4,316 bases of DNA from a virus (taxonomy: Duplodnaviria; Heunggongvirae; Uroviricota; Caudoviricetes): IMG/VR virus record IMGVR_UViG_2671181094_000004. One strand, 5' to 3'. The notes beneath the pieces are model-generated. The model saw nothing but the letters and a program-made list of their open reading frames with translations, searched no databases and was not told the origin of the DNA. Positions within the stretch are counted from its first letter, which is position 1; the number at the start of each line of letters is the position of its first letter. The translations under genes and the position numbers were made by a program. Below, piece by piece: positions 1 to 4,316 of this stretch.

Positions 1-2
1 AC

Positions 3-269
3 TGTTCAGCAGATTATCAGGCGCAACTGAAGCGGCATAATCTGCGTGGAAGTATGAGCGCAAAAGGTTGCTGCTACGATAATGCCTGCGTGGAAAGCTT
101 CTTTCATTCGCTGAAAGTGGAATGTATCCATGGAGAACACTTTATCAGCCGGGAAATAATGCGGGCAACGGTGTTTAATTATATCGAATGTGATTACAAT
201 CGGTGGCGGCGGCACAGTTGGTGTGGCGGCCTCAGTCCGGAACAATTTGAAAACAAGAACCTCGCTTAG
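3..269 (+). CDS. insF: IS3 transposase OrfB (InsF-type DDE transposase), C-terminal fragment; 5' partial, starts before the window
   Basis: The frame is open from position 3 to the TAG at 267-269. The translation [47 protein letters not shown]...[16 protein letters not shown] matches my memory of the IS3 OrfB C-terminus, including the conserved E of the DDE triad in CVESFF. The listed ORF 54-269 is only the part after an internal Met. Confidence 0.85.
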
Positions 270-299
270 GCCTGTGTCCATATTACGTGGGTAGGATCA
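270..299 (+). repeat. IS3 right terminal inverted repeat
   Basis: The terminal ~30 bp end in ...gggtaggatca. The reverse complement TGATCCTACCCACGTAATATGGACACAGGCC has the IS3-family TG...CA terminus. The exact IR length was not measured against the left end, which is not in the window. Confidence 0.7.
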
Positions 300-455
300 C
301 ATACCGTCATGAGCGACATGCTTATATTCCCTTCCTTCCATAAACGATTTTTCCCGGGCCTTTTTTAACGTACCTTTTTTTATTCCTTTCAGCGCAATTA
401 ACTGCTCTTCGGATACCCATTTGCCGGGAGAGACAATCATGATTACTTCGCTCAT
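297..455 (-). CDS. Excisionase-like small DNA-binding protein (Xis family candidate), C-terminally truncated by the IS3 insertion
   Basis: ATG at 455-453 to TGA at 299-297 gives 52 codons by manual translation: MSEVIMIVSPGKWVSEEQLIALKGIKKGTLKKAREKSFMEGREYKHVAHDGM. The W...TLKKARE...GREY pattern resembles lambdoid Xis proteins (lambda Xis has ...RRWVRE...DGREYLF). The stop codon is the last 3 nt of IS3, so the native C-terminus is missing. The RBS is weak. The ORF is absent from the supplied track, presumably below its length cutoff. Confidence 0.45.
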   Translation of the reverse strand: MSEVIMIVSPGKWVSEEQLIALKGIKKGTLKKAREKSFMEGREYKHVAHDGM

Positions 456-527
456 CGATTTCTTTATCTCTTACATCAGACGAGCGCCGGTTGCAGAATA
501 CCAGTCACAACCGGCGACAGTTGAACA

Positions 528-2999
528 TTAAGAATCAGCCTGACTCGGGATCAGTTTTTGCCAGATAACTGAAACGTATTTTGCCTGGTAACGGGCGTCA
601 TCAAGTGCATTATGGCGCTCACCTTCGAATGGAATAGCCGTTCTGGCATCGAAGTCTATGGCTTTCCCCAGCTCAACGATTGTGCGTACATCGCGATCGT
701 TGTAGTAACGCCACGGGCAGGGGATCCCCTGCCGTTCGTATGAACGGCGCAAAATCGTGTTGTCGAAGTTGGCTCCATTTCCCCAAACCTGAACAAAAAA
801 TTCACCGGAGTTTTCGTCGATAAATTCCCGCAATTGTAACAGTGCATCATCTAACGGGATTTCATCGGTCATAATGGCAGATTGCGCTTCGCGTGATTGC
901 TTAAGCCACCATTTAATGGTGTTCCGATCAATGACTCCGCCAGCAGTTTCCAGATCGATAGTCTTACTAAATTCCGGTCCCATATCTCCGGTTTGCGGAT
1001 CGAAAAATATTGCACCTATTGAGATGATCGGGGCATCAGGATTTTTTCCCATGGTTTCAAGGTCGATCATTAGATGGTCACACGTCCTGCTGGTGGATGT
1101 GATTTCGTGATGACCGTTCACCTTAATTGAGTGATCTGCCGTCTCGCCAGTTTCATTATCGCTATTGTGATGCTGATTGCCGCTAGTGTTCTCCTTGTGT
1201 GGATGTTCAGCGCCTTCCATTTCCTCCGGATCATCTTCCTGAACTTCAACCTGATATTCTTCATCGAATGTTTCTTGATATGTTGCGTCGCCCATCACCG
1301 CGCCACAATCAGGGCAGTTGCCGCCGCCGGTCTGACCGCAGGCGGTGCAGACTTTTTCCACTTCCTGTTGCGCCACTGGTTCAGGCTGTTTCGTTTCTGG
1401 CTCGTTTTGTAACGCATTTGTGCTGTTTTGTTCCGCTTTTTGGTAGTTCCGTTCCGATTCATGCTGGTTCTGGTTCACAGAATCGCGGGTCTGGATCCCC
1501 TTAACCCATTTCGGATCATTCGGGTCACTAATCCCTTCAACAAATTCACCACGTGATGCAGCAAGCAACTTATCGGCGTCAGGCTGGCTGATATTGGCTG
1601 CCTGCATAATTTTGTTTACTTCGTCAGCGGTAACTTTTATCGGCTCTGGTTGTTCTGAATCTTCAGCGGTATCTACATTTTGCGGTAAGCCCGTGTATGT
1701 GCCATTTTTTCGGGCAAAATATTCTTCTTTTGTGATTTCAGTGGCGCCAGCAGCCAGTGCCTTATCCAGACCAGAAAGTTTGTTTGCGCGACCGTATTTT
1801 TCTCCGTCCTTATCTGCGAAGAGGAAATAGAACGGCCCCTCACGCTCTACAGATGGTTCAGCTTCCGGCGCGGTTTCATTTTTTGGGATATCAGATACCT
1901 CAGTTTCCACTGCATCAGTTTGTGTTTCTGATGACTGGAGAACATCAACAGTGCCCAGGTCTGTTTCTTCATTCTCAAACACGCCCTTTGTCGTCAGGTA
2001 TTCGCAGATATATTTGTTCAGTGCTATGGGATCTTTGTGAATGTCGATCGGACGCTCACGGACAAGGCCAAAAATAGTCTGGCGGTCGTAGCGAAGGGCA
2101 TCAGGCTGTTTGCGCATTGATGCCGAGATACGCTTCCAGTCTTCGCGGTCGTTGTCGATAACTTCTTTTTTTGCCCAGCGATGGATGCTGCCGTCAATGT
2201 TTCCGGCATCCACATCACCAGGCCAGAGAGCGTAGGCCAGTTCGTCATCCAGTGTTTTCCATGTCTGCTTGTATTCGCGATGAATGGCAGCAATGACCGG
2301 GCTGATTTTTCCTGTTGAATTTTCAGTGTACTGTTGATTGGCTCTGGCGCGGGCGAGATCAACAACAGACGTGTATTTTCCGGTTTCCTTGCGTTCACCT
2401 TCGCGACGTTTTTTCCAGATGCGCATCTCTGCCTGAATTTCGGGCCATTTAGCACCAGGAATACATTTATGCTTAACCCACCCAATGGCGTGCAACTTAA
2501 GCTCCGGATACATGGCGTTAACTTCTGGCATTTTCATCAACGCTTCAACGATATGTCCGTCGAATGTTGCCATGTCTTCCTGCAACAATTCCTGTGCGCT
2601 AATAACCATATCAACGGTGATGTTTTCACATGTGTCGAACTTAACCATGACAGCGTTCTGTACTTCAGGGGCCAGCTTGTCAAAAGTGACGTTCATCGGA
2701 TCGGATTCAGTCTCAACCGGGACAAAAGAAGCAGACTCCTCATCCCAGCGGTTTTCCTGCATATATTCAGCATCCCATGAATCGAGGGCAGGGCGGGGTA
2801 TGCCAGGTTTATCCTCGCAGACAATAAATTTATAAGCGCAGTCCTGAGCAGCCGGATAATGTTCCAGGAACTGCCAGTGAAATTTTGCTCGAGCACGGCG
2901 TTCGTCGCCAGCTTCAATGGCTGTGGCTACAGCCACAGCGCCTTCTTCCCTTGTTGCCAGTTCGTCAGGAATAGCGGCGCAAATAAAGACTTTACTCAT
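528..2999 (-). CDS. Large multidomain prophage protein (823 aa): N-terminal domain of unknown function, central CxxC-x7-CxxC zinc ribbon within acidic low-complexity linkers, C-terminal DnaQ-like DEDDh 3'-5' exonuclease domain
   Basis: This is an uninterrupted 824-codon ORF with GAGG (3013-3010) 10 nt upstream of the ATG at 2999. The C-terminal residues ~641-815 (nt 555-1079) carry Exo I LMIDLETMG (D646, E648), Exo II VQVWGNGANFD (D746) and Exo III HNALDDARYQAKYV (H796, D800/D801), with DnaQ-like spacing. The zinc ribbon CTACGQTGGGNCPDCG is at residues 551-565 (nt 1305-1349). Linkers rich in E, D, Q, P and T span residues ~350-390, 440-550 and 570-635. Gene order places it in the early-left exonuclease slot. 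Confidence 0.85.
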   Translation of the reverse strand: MSKVFICAAIPDELATREEGAVAVATAIEAGDERRARAKFHWQFLEHYPAAQDCAYKFIVCEDKPGIPRPALDSWDAEYMQENRWDEESASFVPVETESDPMNVTFDKLAPEVQNAVMVKFDTCENITVDMVISAQELLQEDMATFDGHIVEALMKMPEVNAMYPELKLHAIGWVKHKCIPGAKWPEIQAEMRIWKKRREGERKETGKYTSVVDLARARANQQYTENSTGKISPVIAAIHREYKQTWKTLDDELAYALWPGDVDAGNIDGSIHRWAKKEVIDNDREDWKRISASMRKQPDALRYDRQTIFGLVRERPIDIHKDPIALNKYICEYLTTKGVFENEETDLGTVDVLQSSETQTDAVETEVSDIPKNETAPEAEPSVEREGPFYFLFADKDGEKYGRANKLSGLDKALAAGATEITKEEYFARKNGTYTGLPQNVDTAEDSEQPEPIKVTADEVNKIMQAANISQPDADKLLAASRGEFVEGISDPNDPKWVKGIQTRDSVNQNQHESERNYQKAEQNSTNALQNEPETKQPEPVAQQEVEKVCTACGQTGGGNCPDCGAVMGDATYQETFDEEYQVEVQEDDPEEMEGAEHPHKENTSGNQHHNSDNETGETADHSIKVNGHHEITSTSRTCDHLMIDLETMGKNPDAPIISIGAIFFDPQTGDMGPEFSKTIDLETAGGVIDRNTIKWWLKQSREAQSAIMTDEIPLDDALLQLREFIDENSGEFFVQVWGNGANFDNTILRRSYERQGIPCPWRYYNDRDVRTIVELGKAIDFDARTAIPFEGERHNALDDARYQAKYVSVIWQKLIPSQADS

Positions 3000-3092
3000 T
3001 TTGTTTTAACCTCATGACAGATTTAAGGATGAACAAATCCCTGCCATTGCTGGCATATAAGAATGAAACCGGATATTTATTACGGAACTGTT

Positions 3093-3284
3093 TTAAAGAC
3101 CTGCCGGGATTTCGATATTATCCTGGTGAATAACTTTATCGACCGGGTAACAGTTACCGGGAATTTTCTGTTCGGTTGCTGCAGTCATACACTCCTGCAT
3201 TGTCCTGTGAACACTGACTGCAATATCAACTGGCTCTCCGGAAACAAGAAAAACTGTCAGAACAAGCGCAAATGCTGAATTCAT
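3093..3284 (-). CDS. Small protein (63 aa) with an N-terminal hydrophobic segment (possible signal peptide or membrane anchor) and two Cys in the C-terminal half; function unknown
   Basis: The ATG at 3284-3282 overlaps the upstream gene's TGA (3283-3281) as ATGA, and AAGGA lies ~10 nt upstream. The protein is MNSAFALVLTVFLVSGEPVDIAVSVHRTMQECMTAATEQKIPGNCYPVDKVIHQDNIEIPAGL. The longer track ORF (81 aa from 3338) has no better start context. Confidence 0.6.
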   Translation of the reverse strand: MNSAFALVLTVFLVSGEPVDIAVSVHRTMQECMTAATEQKIPGNCYPVDKVIHQDNIEIPAGL

Positions 3285-3469
3285 TGTGCACATCCTTTTG
3301 GCATCAGACGTAAACGAGCCAGCATTGAAACAATGCATATTTTATTTAATAGCTCCCGTTCTTGTTTTCTCTTGTTAATGGCATCTTCAGTAAATACAGG
3401 GTTACTGATAGTGACACCAATTTCAAAACAACCTTCAGACGTATTAACGTTTGGTAATAACGTTTTCAT
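3281..3469 (-). CDS. Small early-region protein (62 aa), RacC-like by position immediately upstream of the exonuclease gene; identity not verified
   Basis: The ATG at 3469-3467 has a strong SD (GAGGA) 8 nt upstream. The protein is MKTLLPNVNTSEGCFEIGVTISNPVFTEDAINKRKQERELLNKICIVSMLARLRLMPKGCAQ. The 97-aa track ORF starts at a GTG (3574) with no SD, so the ATG start is preferred. Its stop overlaps the next gene's start (ATGA), indicating translational coupling. Confidence 0.65.
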   Translation of the reverse strand: MKTLLPNVNTSEGCFEIGVTISNPVFTEDAINKRKQERELLNKICIVSMLARLRLMPKGCAQ

Positions 3470-3830
3470 TATCGCGTCCTCAACAATGAATTTTGTGATG
3501 CAGTGCCTGGTGCCTCCAGGTGACGTTAACCAGTTAACAATTAACGCCGGATACAGAGAATCCACCCATAACACTGTTTTTGGTTTTAACTGTTCCGCGT
3601 GCGCTTAGCCGCATTCACCGCATCACAAAATTCACTTTAAAAACGGCGGCAGAGCAGTCACGGAGTAAAACTGATACCGCCAAACGTCACCAGAAAATTG
3701 ATAACAGAGGGCGTTGCAGCGGGGTTGTCACTTAAGCGTATGGTCAACCTGACAACTCGGTGTCCTCAACGGGGAAGGAATAACCCCGCCATACTTACCG
3801 CCGCGCCATTTCGCGGGTTGCCACAACCGG

Positions 3831-3892
3831 AAGCGCACGGTCGAATTAAATTTAACGACACCGTACAGTGAGACGAACTTCGCCGTGCGCTT
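3831..3892. repeat. Perfect 10-bp inverted repeat (aagcgcacgg / ccgtgcgctt) flanking a 42-bp spacer that contains a 10-bp AT palindrome (ttaaatttaa, 3846-3855)
   Basis: Read directly: 3831-3840 aagcgcacgg and its exact reverse complement at 3883-3892. It lies in the ORF-free divergent intergenic region, ~80 bp upstream of the plus-strand ATG at 3972. Confidence 0.6.
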
Positions 3893-3971
3893 TCGTGTTG
3901 TGTGCCTGCTTTTAACCACGTCAGGCGAGGTGGTATCCTTCTTATTCCGAATAACCAAGAAGGAAATCTAT

Positions 3972-4040
3972 ATGACTAAAGAAGAATTTGTCTCTTATAT
4001 TTTTGATAAAACGGTTGAGGTAATGACTCCAACTTATTGA
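3972..4040 (+). pseudogene. 5' remnant of a divergently transcribed gene, disrupted by IS1 after codon 16; the reading frame runs into IS1 and stops at 4038-4040
   Basis: AGGA at 3961-3964 lies 7 nt upstream of the ATG at 3972. The native codons give MTKEEFVSYIFDKTVE; IS1 sequence begins at 4019, and the remaining codons (VMTPTY, then stop) are IS1-derived. The identity of the original gene cannot be determined from 16 residues. Confidence 0.55.
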
Positions 4041-4316
4041 TAGTGTTTTATGTTCAGATAATGCCCGATGACTTTGTCATGCAGCTCCACCGATTTTGAG
4101 AACGACAGCGACTTCCGTCCCAGCCGTGCCAGGTGCTGCCTCAGATTCAGGTTATGCCGCTCAATTCGCTGCGTATATCGCTTGCTGATTACGTGCAGCT
4201 TTCCCTTCAGGCGGGATTCATACAGCGGCCAGCCATCCGTCATCCATATCACCACGTCAAAGGCCGACAGCAGGCTCAGAAGACGCTCCAGTGTGGCCAG
4301 AGTGCGTTCACCGAAG
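4019..4316 (-). mobile_element. IS1 insertion sequence (partial; continues beyond the window end), InsB-proximal end facing the prophage
   Basis: ggtaatgactccaacttattgatagtg from 4019 matches the IS1 terminal inverted repeat (GGTAATGACTCCAACTTATTGAT). The downstream sequence encodes the InsB C-terminus on the minus strand. The 9 bp adjacent outside are aacggttga (4010-4018); the target-site duplication cannot be verified. Confidence 0.9.
4034..4315 (-). CDS. insB: IS1 transposase InsB, C-terminal fragment; 5' partial, starts beyond the window end
   Basis: The frame is open from the window end to the TAA at 4036-4034. The translation ...[75 protein letters not shown] matches my memory of the IS1 InsB C-terminus. 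Residues encoded by 4256-4315 differ at a few positions from the IS1 copy I remember, so this is an IS1 variant. Confidence 0.85.
   Translation of the reverse strand, partial: FGERTLATLERLLSLLSAFDVVIWMTDGWPLYESRLKGKLHVISKRYTQRIERHNLNLRQHLARLGRKSLSFSKSVELHDKVIGHYLNIKHYQ

Larger units (their letters stand above)
1..299 (+). mobile_element. IS3 insertion sequence, right-hand portion; the element continues upstream of the window and ends at 299
   Basis: The terminal sequence cctgtgtccatattacgtgggtaggatca ending at 299 matches the IS3 right inverted repeat as I remember it (TG...CA termini). The in-frame transposase C-terminus lies immediately upstream. The 3 bp outside the end are cat (300-302); the target-site duplication cannot be checked because the other end is outside the window. 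Confidence 0.85.

Noticed and set aside
6-281. 91-aa minus-strand ORF antisense to the IS3 transposase fragment
   Set aside because: It lies entirely inside the IS3 OrfB coding region on the opposite strand and has no RBS. It is a shadow ORF of a confidently identified gene.
487-514. 7-bp stem hairpin (ccggttg ... caaccgg, 14-nt loop) between the exonuclease stop and the xis-like start
   Set aside because: No U-tract follows on the transcribed minus strand, so it is not a convincing intrinsic terminator. It may be an incidental intergenic structure.
945-1067. The peptide IDLET occurs twice in the exonuclease domain (residues 645-649 and 681-685)
   Set aside because: The two copies use different codons (atcgaccttgaaacc versus atcgatctggaaact), so this is not a DNA duplication. 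The second copy falls where a beta-strand is expected in the DEDDh fold and is most likely coincidental.
1089-1096. Chi site GCTGGTGG on the plus strand inside the exonuclease gene
   Set aside because: A single octamer in 4.3 kb is within the normal Chi density of enterobacterial DNA, so nothing suggests selection here.
656-2917. Ten track ORFs of 64-153 aa embedded in the 528-2999 gene, eight on the plus strand and two on the minus strand in other frames (656-850, 874-1110, 1131-1412, 1199-1504, 1594-1830, 1757-2077, 2024-2485, 2334-2780, 2485-2835, 2693-2917)
   Set aside because: All are contained in the 823-aa gene, which has clear domain motifs and an RBS. Their translations are low-complexity or Cys/Arg-rich with no start context, typical of overlapping-frame artefacts.
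3000-3092. Possible internal promoter upstream of the exonuclease gene (TTGTTC ... TAAATC on the minus strand)
   Set aside because: The match to the -35/-10 consensus is weak and the spacing is uncertain. The gene is most simply co-transcribed with the upstream small genes.
3470-3574. N-terminal extension of the racC-like ORF to 97 aa
   Set aside because: The extension begins at a GTG (3574-3572) with no Shine-Dalgarno sequence. The internal ATG at 3469 has GAGGA at ideal spacing, so the 62-aa form is preferred.
3063-3608. Plus-strand ORFs 3063-3278 (71 aa) and 3333-3608 (91 aa)
   Set aside because: They are antisense to the two translationally coupled small minus-strand genes, which have strong Shine-Dalgarno sites, and have no comparable start signals of their own.
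3612-3614. 26-codon minus-strand ORF starting at the ATG at 3614-3612 (MRLSARGTVKTKNSVMGGFSVSGVNC)
   Set aside because: It is short, has no convincing RBS, and overlaps the racC-like upstream region out of frame.
3740-3871. 43-codon plus-strand ORF (MVNLTTRCPQRGRNN...) in the intergenic region
   Set aside because: It has no Shine-Dalgarno sequence and an Arg/Pro-rich composition, and it runs through the inverted-repeat elements. It is more likely non-coding.
3728-3958. 76-aa minus-strand ORF in the intergenic region (MVIRNKKDTTSPDVVKSRH...)
   Set aside because: It starts at TTG without an RBS, has an Arg/Lys/Gly-rich composition typical of a GC-rich non-coding frame, and overlaps the RBS of the plus-strand gene.
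1-4316. CRISPR arrays, tRNA or rRNA genes
   Set aside because: There are no regularly spaced direct repeats and no tRNA- or rRNA-like sequence. The only repeat structures are IS termini and the intergenic inverted repeats.

Overview
The window looks like a decayed piece of a lambdoid (Rac-like) prophage early region (about 300-4018) bracketed by two unrelated insertion sequences. On the left is the right end of IS3 (1-299, C-terminus of the OrfB/InsF transposase on +). On the right is one end of an IS1 copy (4019-4316, C-terminus of InsB on -). Between them is a minus-strand operon read from high to low coordinates. It holds a 62-aa small gene in the position racC occupies in Rac (3281-3469), overlapping by ATGA a 63-aa protein with a hydrophobic N-terminus (3093-3284). 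Next comes an 823-aa multidomain protein (528-2999) whose C-terminal ~180 residues carry all three DEDDh (DnaQ-like) 3'-5' exonuclease motifs, preceded by a CxxC-x7-CxxC zinc ribbon and long acidic linkers. Last is a 52-codon excisionase-like ORF (297-455) whose stop codon is supplied by the IS3 terminus. A ~500-bp ORF-free region (3470-3971) rich in inverted repeats separates this operon from a divergent plus-strand gene with a strong RBS that IS1 cuts off after 16 codons. I see no tRNA, rRNA or CRISPR array. The most interesting object is the large exonuclease: it sits where RecE or lambda Exo would be, but its nuclease domain is DEDDh rather than PD-(D/E)XK as far as I can judge, and no annealase gene accompanies it. 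All homology statements are from reading motifs and from memory of IS and phage sequences; no database search was run.
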